Shown in pieces: positions 52,192-63,584 of a stretch of 64,000 nucleotides of DNA (the first letter of the stretch is position 1; every line of letters starts with the position of its first letter). Below the pieces are notes generated by a model. The model was not told the origin of the DNA and made no database searches. It worked only from the letters and a program-made list of their open reading frames with translations. The DNA comes from Naegleria gruberi (lineage: Eukaryota). The DNA is taken from NCBI GenBank assembly GCA_000004985.1, contig GG738845.1, one strand, 5' to 3'. The translations under genes and the position numbers were made by a program.

Positions 52192-53507
52192 ATGAAACAA
52201 GCTCTGATATCAAAGATAAAAGCCAAAAAGCAAGAAGTTGTAAAATTTGATGAATCTAGTGACGAAGAAGAATCAAATATTACCATTCCACAACCAAGTT
52301 TAAAGAGGGCCCCTTCAAAATCGATACAACAATCAAACAAAAAAATCAAAACATCTTTTGCTTGGAATAACATCCCAACTTCTACAGCTGCTATCACCAA
52401 CAATATCAAAACATTAGAAACTCCCTCCGATGAGGAATCTGATGAGGAATCTGACTATGAAGAAAAGGAGGAATCCACCTCACCTCATAAACACATCATG
52501 ATGTTCACCACCTTACCGAAACAGAAATTGCAGAAATAGAAGAGTCTTTACCAAACAAGGCACCAACCAGTGAAGCAGATTTTGAGAGATTAGTTATAGG
52601 TGAACCAAATAATTCATTTTTATGGATTCAATACATGACATTTATGTTGAACACTTATGGATTCGAAAAAGCTAAGGAAATTGGTGAAAGGGCTGTTAAT
52701 AGAATACACTTCTCCAAGGAAAATGAACGTTTCAATTTGTGGAGTGCAATACTCAGTCTGTATGTGTCAAATAATAGAGGTAATGTGGACAGTGTAATTG
52801 AAAAGGCACTCCAAGGTGCTAGTAAGCCACATCTTATTTATCTACAATACGCAAAGATTTTGAACAAGTTATACGAAAAGAAGAAGCAAAGAATGGATGC
52901 AACTGAAGAGGAAGAAGATTCACAAAGTGAAAATGAGGAAGATGAAGAATTAAAAAACAAGAGAGCTAATGAACTAGAAGAATTACTCACTAAAATTGAC
53001 CAAGTTTATAGAAAGGCCTGTAAAAAATATAGAAATGAAAAGAAGGTATTTGAAGAATATGAACAGTGGTGTATTTCAACATTAAAGGACATCAAAAAAG
53101 CTGAACATGTATTGAATAGATCTTTGAAGGTTTATCCACAAAAAGAACACATTTCCCTCAAATCCAAGTTTGCAATCATTTTATACAAGTGTGAAAATAC
53201 TATTGAGGCAAGAAATGCCATGGAAAACATAATACAAAATAGTCCAAAGAGATCTGATGCATGGTCGATATATTTAGATTGTGAACAACAACATACTAAT
53301 GACCAGAGATATATCAGAGAGTTGTTTGAGCGTGTGTGCAATCTCACAACTCTTTCCACAAAAAAGATGAAATCATTCCTGCAAAGATATCTAAAGTTTG
53401 AAACACAACATGGTGATTCAGAGAGGCAAGAACACGTCAAACAAATTGCCAAAGAATATATCCAAAGCAAACTTGAAAAATCCAAGATTGATACTAATAA
53501 AGATTAA
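52192..53507 (+). CDS. RRP5/PDCD11-like protein consisting only of the acidic linker + C-terminal HAT repeats; reading frame broken near 52480-52540 (frameshift or unresolved intron)
   Basis: ORF 52192..52539 has an acidic S/E-rich segment (SDEESDEESDYEEKEE). In the +2 frame from about 52479, with no ATG, the sequence runs SEADFERLVIGEPNNSFLWIQYMTFMLNTYGFEKAKEIGERAVNRI... through ORF 52635..53507. That stretch aligns with the human PDCD11 C-terminus ([42 protein letters not shown]...KRYLDYEKQHG). No GT-AG pair restores the frame. No S1 domains upstream; the bL28m gene ends at 52104. Confidence 0.5.
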
Positions 53508-53713
53508 TTCCACTTTAAAACATAGCCTGTGTGGTAAATATTGTATTCTTGTAAAGTTTTTGTATAGTCAACCTCCTTTCCACAATAATATAAACATGAT
53601 CCAGAAGCTGAAGATAGCATAATTACTCTTTCTTTGAGGTCTTGGAAAGTATCTACCGATGCCTCACACTCTATGAAGAGTATTTTGTTTTGTGTCTTGA
53701 CAAATATTTTCAT
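53504..53713 (-). CDS. Small ubiquitin-fold (UBL) protein, 69 aa
   Basis: MKIFVKTQNKILFIECEASVDTFQDLKERVIMLSSASGSCLYYCGKEVDYTKTLQEYNIYHTGYVLKWN. Ubiquitin-like beta-grasp pattern (MxIFVKT..., L.DY.I...). No C-terminal GG, so not a conjugatable modifier. Its stop overlaps the stop of the HAT-repeat gene (shared ttaa at 53504-53507). Confidence 0.45.
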   Translation of the reverse strand: MKIFVKTQNKILFIECEASVDTFQDLKERVIMLSSASGSCLYYCGKEVDYTKTLQEYNIYHTGYVLKWN

Positions 53714-53737
53714 TTTTTTTTAATATTAAAATAAAAA
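53714..53737. promoter_or_regulatory. 24-bp divergent spacer between UBL gene (-) and acidic protein gene (+)
   Basis: ATG at 53713 (minus) and 53738 (plus); spacer tttttttaatattaaaataaaaa. Confidence 0.4.
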
Positions 53738-54295
53738 ATGAGTGATGAAGATTTGAGCGATTCGGAAAGTGAAAATAACCAAGAGGAAGACGAGGAATTT
53801 ACATCAGATGATGAACAGTTAACTGATAATGAATTTCAGGAATCAGATATAGAAGATACAATTCAAAGTGACGATAATATTGAAGAATTCGAACAAGGAC
53901 TAACAATATCTAATAGAATGAGAGTGAAACACGCACGTAAATTATTTTTCGATGACAAACAAAAACAATATAATTCAATAATAGCTAAAGAAGTTTCTCA
54001 AAAAGTTAAAGAAAAATGGACAGATATTATGGATACGGTAGGAGAACAATCAATGTTTGAGTTTAATATTTTAAAAAGTTTGGTAAATGGTGATAGTCAA
54101 TCTACCAAAGGGACTAGTACAACACATACAGAAGAATTAGAAATTAAACAAAAAGGAGATGAATGGGACTATACAATTGGATTGAAAGAGGAAATTGAGA
54201 AATCGCTCAACTCTATTGATGATAAGGAAGAAACAAGCGATACAGAAGAAAATGAATCAGAAGAGGACGAAGAAATTACTGATGATGAGGATTGA
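53738..54295 (+). CDS. Hypothetical acidic protein (185 aa)
   Basis: D/E/S-rich N- and C-termini (SDSESENNQEEDEEF...; ETSDTEENESEEDEEITDDED) with a central conserved-looking core (RVKHARKLFFDDKQKQYNSIIAKEVSQKVKEKWTDIMDTVG). No family recognised. Confidence 0.35.
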   Translation: MSDEDLSDSESENNQEEDEEFTSDDEQLTDNEFQESDIEDTIQSDDNIEEFEQGLTISNRMRVKHARKLFFDDKQKQYNSIIAKEVSQKVKEKWTDIMDTVGEQSMFEFNILKSLVNGDSQSTKGTSTTHTEELEIKQKGDEWDYTIGLKEEIEKSLNSIDDKEETSDTEENESEEDEEITDDED

Positions 54296-54413
54296 ACAAA
54301 TTTTCTTTTGTGTGAGGAAGTGGTTAATTTAAGTATTAAGGCTTTGCCTATTAGAGCTTTAACGAATTACTGAAGTATAAATCAGAATAAATACTTATTG
54401 GTCAAAGTATCTT

Positions 54414-56588
54414 TTATTTTATAGTTGTGGCTAATACTTCTTCTGCCTTTTTAATATAATTCTTAAGCAAGTAGTTTTCTAGCTTTACAAGTATTTGTGA
54501 CATTTTGGGGCGTTTTTCTGGAACCTGAATACAATCAGCAACAATTTCTTTAAAGGCAGCTCTGTAGCTCGAAGGAATACAACTAAATTTGGAATCAATT
54601 TGTTTTTCAATATTACCAATGGAGTAATAGTTTGCAAATGCAATGTGTTCATTGGGATATTTAGCAAAAAATTCAATTGGTGATAAATCCATAAACATTT
54701 CAGCAAGAAGTATCCCATAACTATAACAATCAAGACTTGTAGATGCGGTTTTTGGTTCTAGGAGATCAGAATAGTGAATATAACCTGAAGTTCCACATAT
54801 TGTCCCAGACCCAACACTTTGTTTTACAGCAATATCAAAATCAACAAGTCTCACTTTTGCAATTGTTTTGGGAGAATTTCTATGATATTTCAATGTAATA
54901 TTTTCAGGTTTAACTGAAATAATGCTTAATAAACTCAAGTCTGTAATTACTTACTATCTCTATGAATAATATTTTTAGAATGTAAATAAGAAATTCCTCT
55001 TGCCACATTAATGAGAAAGAATAATAGCTCGAACACATATTCTCTAGTTTCCTTTGTAATTTGGGATTTAAAATCGGAAATAAACTTTCTTGCATTACAA
55101 TCCATTAATTCCATGTAAATGAAAATGGAGGTTTCTGTTGAATTCTTCAGGATTCTAGCATTGTAAAATCTTATAATGTTTGGATGTGTTAGATAGGTCA
55201 ATAAATTGATTTCTCTCACAGTTCTATCTTGATTATTCTGTAAAACAACCTTTTTGACGGCGCAATCTATTTTCCCCGTTATAGGAAGATTGACGGTACA
55301 CTGTACAACCTTACCAGTTGCCCCTCTTCCCAATAAACGTTTCTCGCCTAAAAATTGTTTGAATGAATTTGTGAAATTGATTAATCAACATACCAACTAC
55401 AGAGTATAAATCTTTTTCATTAGGAGATAATCTAACAGACAATCCACCAATACCATTATCACTTCCTTGTCTTATGTAATTATGAGCCTCAATTGAGGCA
55501 ATGTCATATAATTTACCAGGATGAAGCATAACGTCAACCAAAAAAAACTTTTGAATAGTTGGATTTGATGCTTCACAATCAATAATTGATACAACATTCC
55601 AAGCATGATTTCCTCCATTAACATTTCCTCTAACCAAACGGCATCTGATGTCATTTACGAGACCGAATACAAATAAATGATCACATAAATATTTGAAAAG
55701 AATTGCTCTATGTCTACACACTCCAAAACGTATATCTCCTAACATGATTCTTTGACTTTTTGATTTCTTTAAAAAGTTTTCTATAAAAGCGTTTGATAAT
55801 TCTACAATATTATTAGAATTTCCTCCAAAACATGAGTTGACATAATTACTAAGCAGGGAAAATAGCTCCAAAAGAGTTTTGCTGTTGAATTTGTTAGACT
55901 GAAATTTTGTTGTACCAAACTTCTTCATAAATATTGATCGAAACGTTTCTACTATTAACATTAACCCCTCATCCCTCTCTTCATCAATTACAATGATTTC
56001 TCTATTGGAAGAGTTTTTCCTTCCCCCATCAAGAAATATTTTTCTTCTATTAACACTCGAGATATGATCATCAAAATCCAAGAGTGAAGTATTCTTGTAT
56101 TTCGAAGTTTCATCTCCTTTCACAATAGAATAACTAATATCTTCTGCCAGATATCTGAGTGATTTTAGAATGAAATACTTTTCCAAAGATAATATGCTCT
56201 TCACTGTAAAGCATTCATCCAAGTAATGAGTAAAATATTTCCTGATTCTCTCCACTAGGGTTTCAGCATTAATGAATAATTTAATTCTGGTTTGTGAATC
56301 AATTTTCTTTTGATTATCAACCAAACCCTTAATTGTATAAATGTTGTGATGAGAGGGTAGCTGGTTTTTTTCTAACATTGCAATACAATCACGAAATGCA
56401 GAGCTCAATTTTTTCTCTATATCTTTCTTTGCATCAGTAAACGTTGACTGAACAGAATTTCTTATTTTTTTGTCCTTTTTGTATGGGTGATTGTGGTGAT
56501 TTTTCTTTTCGTCATAATAAAGTTGAAGAGCGAGTGCTTGATCATAATCGTGCCTTTCCGAAGAGGAAGCAGAAGGCTTTTCTTTCAT
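54414..56588 (-). CDS. EDR1-domain Raf-like MAP kinase kinase kinase (3 exons)
   Basis: Exons 56588..55394, 55347..54955, 54913..54414; introns 46 nt (GTATGT) and 41 nt (GTAAGT). Exon 1 ends in an EDR1/CTR1-type N-terminal domain (GVCRHRAILFKYLCDHLF..IRCRLVRG...HAWNVV). Splicing restores the kinase core: GEKRLLGRGATGKVV (subdomain I), AVKKV (II), HRDIKPEN (VIb, split by intron 2), DFDIAV (VII, DFD for DFG). Confidence 0.7.
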
Positions 56589-56730
56589 TTTTGATTGTGC
56601 TAATAAAAAAACAGGTTTCTTTCAAGAATTTTTTAAAAAATTCCAATGAAAAGAATTCTGAATTGGTTGACTGGAATTTTTTTTAATGGAATTTTTTACA
56701 TTGTTTAAAGGGTTTTTACACATGATATTT

Positions 56731-58095
56731 TTATTGAATTACAACAACAGCCTCTCTGCCTGCTCCTACACCAATCCACTTTACAGGAACACCAACTTTT
56801 TCCTGAATTCTCTTGACGAATGTTTGGGCATTTTGAGGCAAGTCTTCGAACTTTCTTACCTTTGAAATGTCAGTCTTCCATCCTGGATAAGTTTCATAAA
56901 TGACCTCAACCTTATCTAAATCATCAGCACTGTATGGTACAGTGTCGAGTTCAACACCATTGAGTCTATACCCAACTCCCAATTTAACTTCATCTAATTG
57001 ATCCAATACATCAAGCTTGGTTAAACACAACGCATTAAATCCATTAATCATACATCCATATTTTACAGCAACAACATCCAACCAACCACAACTTCTTGGT
57101 CTTCCTGTGGTAGTACCAAATTCACCACCAATTTTTCTTATCAAATCACCAGTTTCATCTTTTAATTCTGTTGGAAATGGTCCTGAACCAACACGTGTGC
57201 AGTAAGCTTTGATTACACCATAAACTTCTGAAATGGCACGTGGAGGAATACCCAACCCAGTACAGGCACCACCAATACAAGGATTTGATGAAGTAACAAA
57301 TGGATATGTACCAAAATCCAAATCTAACATTACTGCATTGGCACCCTCAAGTAATACATCACGACCTTCAACATAAATTGCCTTATGAAGATAAGTGACT
57401 GTATCAATAATCATTGATTTGATACGAGGAATGAAAATATTCTTATAAGAATCCAATTCTCCTTGGGCATCGTAGCTATTCAATTCTTCGCAGGTTGGAT
57501 ATTGACTCTTTAAAGTTTTCAATAATTTGTTATATTTTTTCTCAAAAGTTTCAAAATCTGAAAGTAAATCTCCTGTACGTAAACCAGAACGAGCTGCTTT
57601 GGTTGTATAGGTTGGTCCGATACCACGTTTTGTGGTACCAATTTGAGAACCACTTTCTTTGAGAACTCCTTCTTGGAATCCATCAATTGCTTTATGGAAT
57701 CCGAAAACAAGATGTGTACGATCAGATATCAGGATACGTTTCTCCAGATCATGTATAACGTTGTCATCATCATTTTTCTTCTTTTCCAACAGATTATCAA
57801 TTTCGGAAAACAATTTTGGAATTTCCAATACAACGCCATTACCAATGAGGTTTATACAACCAGGGGTAAGAACACCTGAAGGTAACAAGTTAGTGGCATA
57901 TTTACGACCTAATTCGTCAACAATTGTGTGACCAGCATTGGCACCACCATTATATCTACAAATAATTTGATGTTGTTTGGCAATGAGATCAACAAGTTTT
58001 CCTTTACCTTCATCACCCCATTGACCACCGATAACAGCACAAACACTAGCTTTTGGTTGTGTATAGTTACTTGTGCTAGATGACAGAGAACTCAT
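56731..58095 (-). CDS. ADSS: Adenylosuccinate synthetase
   Basis: 454-aa ORF with the P-loop GGQWGDEGKGKLVDL, GHTIVD, TTKRGIGPTY, GTTTGRPRSCGWLD and the C-terminal GVGAGRE region, all canonical PurA/ADSS motifs. Confidence 0.9.
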   Translation of the reverse strand: MSSLSSSTSNYTQPKASVCAVIGGQWGDEGKGKLVDLIAKQHQIICRYNGGANAGHTIVDELGRKYATNLLPSGVLTPGCINLIGNGVVLEIPKLFSEIDNLLEKKKNDDDNVIHDLEKRILISDRTHLVFGFHKAIDGFQEGVLKESGSQIGTTKRGIGPTYTTKAARSGLRTGDLLSDFETFEKKYNKLLKTLKSQYPTCEELNSYDAQGELDSYKNIFIPRIKSMIIDTVTYLHKAIYVEGRDVLLEGANAVMLDLDFGTYPFVTSSNPCIGGACTGLGIPPRAISEVYGVIKAYCTRVGSGPFPTELKDETGDLIRKIGGEFGTTTGRPRSCGWLDVVAVKYGCMINGFNALCLTKLDVLDQLDEVKLGVGYRLNGVELDTVPYSADDLDKVEVIYETYPGWKTDISKVRKFEDLPQNAQTFVKRIQEKVGVPVKWIGVGAGREAVVVIQ

Positions 58096-58337
58096 ATTGA
58101 AACAAAAAGAGAAAATAACAGAATAGTATTAGAGAATTTTTTTCACATTTTATTATTTGGGTTGTCTTCGTGTTTGTTGGTGTTTTATGTATTTTGAAGT
58201 GGGTACTTGCGAACTGGGCACCAGCTTGGTGGGTACATAGGAGATAACTTTACATTGTAATAATTTACTGTGGCACCACTACAATTAGAGCGGCACTTTT
58301 AATTACAATTGTTAATGTGTTAATCCTCTCTTGTGTT

Positions 58338-59829
58338 TCATTTAGATTTCATGGAAGAAACAGGTGGGTCTTGAACAGTCTGTTTGCTAATCAACACATA
58401 ACCAGTCAATCCAGAAACAATTAAACATAAAAATGATGACAAAAGACCAATATCAGAACCAGATCCATGAGAAAATGTAAGAGAAAGCCAAACTAATCCA
58501 ATCATTAAAGATGAAAGAGAAATTGTTGATAAAAAAATATCTGTACCACTAGTAATGTAGTCTCCAAGCATAACCAATGAAATGACAACAGCCCAGATAA
58601 TAATTAAAATTCTAGCTCCAAGTAATGTAGACCACCTATAAATACTAATGGTTGCATCAAACAATTCTCTTGGTGAGTTGAACTGGCCTTCATGTACCTC
58701 ACCTACATTGTATCCATTGGATGCCTTTAAAAGTTCTATCTCTCCATTTGTGCTCACTTGTCTACCAATGATAGTTACACCCTTTCCTAGTGCTGGCTTT
58801 TGGTCAATAAATTTAATTCTAATATCTCCTGCTTCACAACTGGTAAATAAATCAGCAACTTGCCAATCCAAAAGAGATCCTTCTACAAATCCAAATAAAG
58901 TACGCAATGTTTTTTCAAAATTTGATGGCTCATAGGCAGAAAAGAAATAGCCAGATCCAATATATTTGAAATTGTGTTGAGTATTAGCAACAGTTCCCCT
59001 GATGGATTCTAATTGATTTTTAGAGAAGGAGATGGTTCTTTCTGGAATTTGATTTTTTGTAATCAAAGTAGGTCCAATATGATATTTTCCAACTGATACC
59101 CCAGAAGCATGGCTCTTCATACTCGGAAATGGATTTCTTTGAGGATTATGATGTGCAGCTGGTTGGTCGAAAGCTAAACTTGGGATAAGATGGTCAACCC
59201 AGCCTTTTTATCAGAACCACCAAATTGAGTGAAGAATATTAATAAGAGTAAGCTACCCTCCAATTTTAAATACATACCTTTTGTATAATAGTAAGTTCTA
59301 ACTGTAGTTTCAGAGCCATCTCTATTTTTTACTGTTTCGTCTCTAGAACTCTCTATCCACTGACAAAACTCAACTTGTCTTTTAACACTTAATGCATCGC
59401 TAAATGAAAGACCAAAATCATGATCAACAATAGGATAATCAGTTTGAACTTGTTCACTTGGTACGTGGAAGAAAATTAATTTTTGATTATTGGTTTCGGA
59501 TGGTTTTGAATAAATAGGATCGTGAATAATGACAGCCTTATCAGATACTTCGTTGAATGCTCTGATCATCAATGCTGATTCATTCTCAGCATAAAAAAAG
59601 TACAATGGTCCACCAACCAGTACGATGAAAAACAAAAGATATAAAAAGTATTTTACACAAGTATTTTCTATCTGTTTCAAATGATTAACCGATGCAAACA
59701 AAAATAAAAACAAACCTCTAATTGACTGTTATTAATTATTCTAGATCTACCAACACGAGTGCTGAACACCGTCGAAAAAAAGCCTGTATGTCCTCTGGTA
59801 GAAGGATTACTGGGGAAGAACAATGTCAT
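58338..59829 (-). CDS. TMEM43: TMEM43/LUMA-family nuclear-envelope membrane protein (3 exons)
   Basis: Exons 59829..59716 (MTLFFPSNPS...NNSQLE), 59671..59278, 59173..58338; introns 44 nt (GTTTGT) and 104 nt (GTATGT). The ORF-track pieces 59174..59713 and 58338..59120 lack an in-frame ATG until spliced. Product aligns with human TMEM43: TM + ENESALM (NEGRAL), VKRQVEFCQWIESSRDETVKNRDGSETTVRTYYYTK ([37 protein letters not shown]), AFDQPAAHHNPQ (NFDREIGHKNPS), and C-terminal TM helices. Confidence 0.65.
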
Positions 59830-60072
59830 TGTTATTATTATTTTTTTAATGAATGTATTCTTCTTCTATCGGGGAAGAGAAGCAAACTGAAGAAAAAACA
59901 CGTGGTAAACACGTTTTTCTACCAAAACTAATGGTTGCAGAAATCGGTTCCTCATTACTTTTGGTGGGTCTTTAAGAGACAATACTAAGAGCATTCGATG
60001 TAAAAAAGTGTTCAATATTATTTCATTCAAAAGAATTGTGTAATTAATTTTTTAAAAGAAAGACAGAAAAAA

Positions 60073-63000
60073 ATGCCACCAAAAGACAACAAGAAGATAC
60101 CCAACAAAAGTGCTACATCGTCGGGAGCAGGATTGAATCCAACATCAACACCTACAGAAAAGAAAAAACTGGATGCTCGTATCAAAACTTTAATAGAAAA
60201 TTGTGTAAAGAAGAGACATAGATCATTTTTTGTTGTTGTTGGAAACAGAGCACGTGAACAATTGGTGCATTTGCACTACATGTTAGCAAAGGCTAGAGTT
60301 AAGACAGCACCATCTATTTTGTGGTGTTATAAAAAAGAATTGGGATTTATTGCGTAAGTAGAGTTCAATGATTCGGTAATGTATTTATTTCACATTTCAG
60401 TGATGCCAAGAGTAGAAATAGAACCATAATTAAAAACTATGGAAAACAAGGAGATGAAGAAGTTCAAAAACATTTAAATACCCCATTCAATTTATTCCTT
60501 TCTGCTAATGAAATTCGTTATTGTTATTTCAAGGAAACTCAAAATATTCTTGGTAATACATATGGAATGTTGGTTTTACAAGATTTTGAAGGTGTTACTC
60601 CAAATGTTTTGGCAAGAACTGTGGAAACAGTTGAAGGAGGAGGCATGGTTGTTTTGTTACTTCCAGAAATGAATTCTCTTAAACAACTTTACACAATGAC
60701 TATGGATGTTCACTCTCGTTTTAGAACAGGCCATGAGGATGTGGAAATTACAGCTAGATTCAATGAAAGATTTCTTTTATCTTTGGCATCTTGTAAGAAT
60801 TGCCTAGTTGTGGATGATCAACTTAATATTTTACCTATTTCTTCTCATATTAAGGACATCAAACCAATAGTTTTACAAGAAGAAGAAAGATTGGAAAATC
60901 ACATATTATCTCCTAAGGAAAAGGATCTTGTTGATCTCAAACACAAATTAGAAGAGAATCAACCTCTTGGAACATTAGTTTCTCAAGCAAGATCACTTGA
61001 CCAAGCTAAAGCTATTCTTAAATTTGTGGATGCAATTTCCGAAAAGTCTCTTCAAACTACTGTTGCCCTTTTGGCTTCAAGAGGTAGAGGTAAATCTGCA
61101 GCTTTAGGTCTTGCTATTGCATCTGCAGTTTCATACGGCTATTCAAACATATTTGTGACATCACCAAGCCCTGAGAACTTGAAAACACTTTTTGAGTTTA
61201 TAATCAAGGGTTTAGAAGTTCTCAAATACAGGGATCAACAAGATTATGAAATTGTTCAATCAACAAATCCAGCTTTTAATAATGCTGTAGTTAGATTGAA
61301 TATATTCAAAAATCACAGACAAACAATCCAATATATCCAACCAGAAGATAGTCAAAAATTAGGTCAATGCGAGTTATTGGTAATTGACGAAGCTGCTGCT
61401 ATTCCATTACCTCTTGTTAAAAAGCTTTTAGGACCTTATTTGATTTACATTTCTTCAACTATTAATGGTTATGAAGGAACAGGTAGATCTCTTTCTTTGA
61501 AGCTTTTAGAACAATTGAAGGAAAAAGGTCAAAAACAAACAGGAAAACAGCTCACATCAGCAAGAAAATACTTTGAAGTTAAGTTGGAAGAGCCAATCAG
61601 ATATGGAGAAGGAGATTCCATTGAAAGATGGTTATATGACGTTTTGTGTCTTGATGCTACTTCTGCAGTACCATTAAGTTCCAAATGTCCTCATCCTTCT
61701 GATTGTAACCTTTACTATGTTAACCGTGACACACTTTTTTCATATAATCAAGCTTCTGAGGCTTTCTTACATGTAAGTTAGGACATTATTTTTTATTTCT
61801 AACTCTTTCTGTAGAATATGATGTCTCTCTACGTATCATCTCACTACAAAAACACACCAAATGACCTTCAATTAATGTCTGATCATCCATCTCACCATTT
61901 ATTTGTATTGCTTGGTCCAATTGATGAAAATAGCGCAACATTGCCAGATATTTATTGTGTTATCCAAGTTTGTATGGAAGGTAAAATTAATAGACAAACT
62001 GTTCTTGCAAATTTATCAAAGGGTCTTAACCCTGGAGGAGATTTGATTCCTTATTTGGTATCAAGACAATACCAGGAATCTGATTTTGCTGCCTTGTCAG
62101 GCGTAAGAGTTGTAAGAATTGCTACTCATCCAGAGTATAAGAGAGTATGTAGTAATTAATTTTATGAATAATTAACCGAAAAAAGATGGGCTATGGTACC
62201 AGAGCTCTTGAACTTTTAACTAAATATTACCAAAATGAAATTCAAAACCTTGATGATACACTCGAAGAAGACGAGAAGGAAACTGTTAATGAAGTCAGAG
62301 CTGTAGGATTGGCTAATGAAATTATAAAACCTCGTGGTAAAAACGAACTTCCTCCATTACTTCAATCACTTGAAGAGCGATCTCCAGAGCAAATTCACTA
62401 CATGGGAGTTTCATATGGTATGACACAACAACTTTATAATTACTGGAAGAAGAACGGATTTGCTCCAGTCTATATTCGTTTAACCTCTAATGAACTTACA
62501 GGAGAACATTCATGTGTAATGTTGAAGTCACTTTCTACAACTCCTGAAGATACAAGAAATTGGCTGAATTCCTTTGTTGAAGATTTCAAACGAAGATTCC
62601 TTGCATTACTTTCCTACGATTTCTCTACATTCAACGCAGCACTTACACTCAGTATCTTGGATTACAAGATGGAAGATAATAATGAGTTAGGAAACAAATC
62701 ACTTACTGTTTCTGAAATGGATCAATATCTCTCCAAGTTTGATTTGAAGAGACTTGCCTCTTATTCAAAGAACTTGGTTGATTATCATGTAATTCTAGAT
62801 TTACTTCCAACTTTAACAAGATTTTTCTTTTTGAATAAGATGCCATTTAACTTGTCATATGCCCAGGCAGCAATCTTGTTAGGTGTAGGTTTGCAACATA
62901 AAAAAATAGAAGATGTTGGAAAGGATATTGATTTGCAAAGTAATCAAATCTTGGCCCTCTTCAATAAGAGTATTAGAAAGTTTGTTAAATACTTCAAGAT

Positions 63001-63580
63001 TATTGACAAGCAACGTTTCATCTCTGCCTCAAGTTTAATTCAACCAAAAGTTGAAGATAATATGGAAGAAAGTGAGGATGAAGCAAATGAAACCGATAAG
63101 GGAAATGTTGCATTTGAGGAATTAGATGAAATGGAAAGCGAAGACGAAGATGAGAAGAAACCTGCTTCTAAAGACATTTTGGATTTATTTGAAAAACCAA
63201 TAGAAACAGACGAGAGATTTAAAACTGCTTCCAAGAAAAGAAAACAAATTAGTAAGGACGCCAAGGAAGAAGAGCCAGAAAATAAGAAGAGAAAAGATGA
63301 TCCAAAGAGAAAGGAGTTCCTCAAGCAAGCTATTTCTAACAGTGAATTTAAAATATCAGGAATTTCTGAAGAAGATTTAGAAAAGGGTGTTGAGGAGAGT
63401 GGAGGTAAGGGAGCTCTTGCTTCTGGTTCTGTCATTGTAGGAACACAAAAAGAGGAGCAAAAAAAGGAAGTGAAAAAGTATATGATGAAGAGTGAAAAGG
63501 AAATCAAAGAAATTGAAAAGAAATACCAAAACCAATTATTCAAGAAGGGAGGAAAGAAGAAGAGAGATGTTAAACATTAA
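60073..63580 (+). CDS. NAT10: RNA cytidine acetyltransferase NAT10 / Kre33 (4 exons)
   Basis: Exons 60073..60353, 60401..61772, 61815..62144, 62186..63580; introns 47, 42, 41 nt (GTAAGT, GTAAGT, GTATGT). Colinear with human NAT10: SFFVVVGNRAREQLVHLHYMLAKARVKTAPSILWCYKKELGF, helicase P-loop GRGKSAALGLAIASAVSYGYSNIFVTSPSPENL, LVIDEAAAIPLPLVKKLLGPYL..STINGYEGTGRSLSLKL, GNAT region HPEYKR|MGYGTRAL, tRNA-binding C-terminus and K-rich tail. Confidence 0.85.
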
Positions 63581-63584
63581 ATAA

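Noticed and set aside
52440-52560. An intron to repair the RRP5-like frame break
   Set aside because: All candidate 3' sites (acAG, gcAG, atAG around 52520-52540) require a phase-1 donor. The only GTs upstream (52237, 52249, 52289, 52486) give weak donors (GTTGTA, GTGACG, GTTTAA, GTTCAC) and would delete the acidic linker or produce 250-nt introns unlike any other here. Reported as an unresolved frame break instead.
59722-59931. Plus-strand 69-aa ORF in the TMEM43-NAT10 spacer
   Set aside because: It is antisense to the first exon of TMEM43 (ATG 59829, minus) that I reconstructed. The TMEM43 model explains the conserved reading frame.
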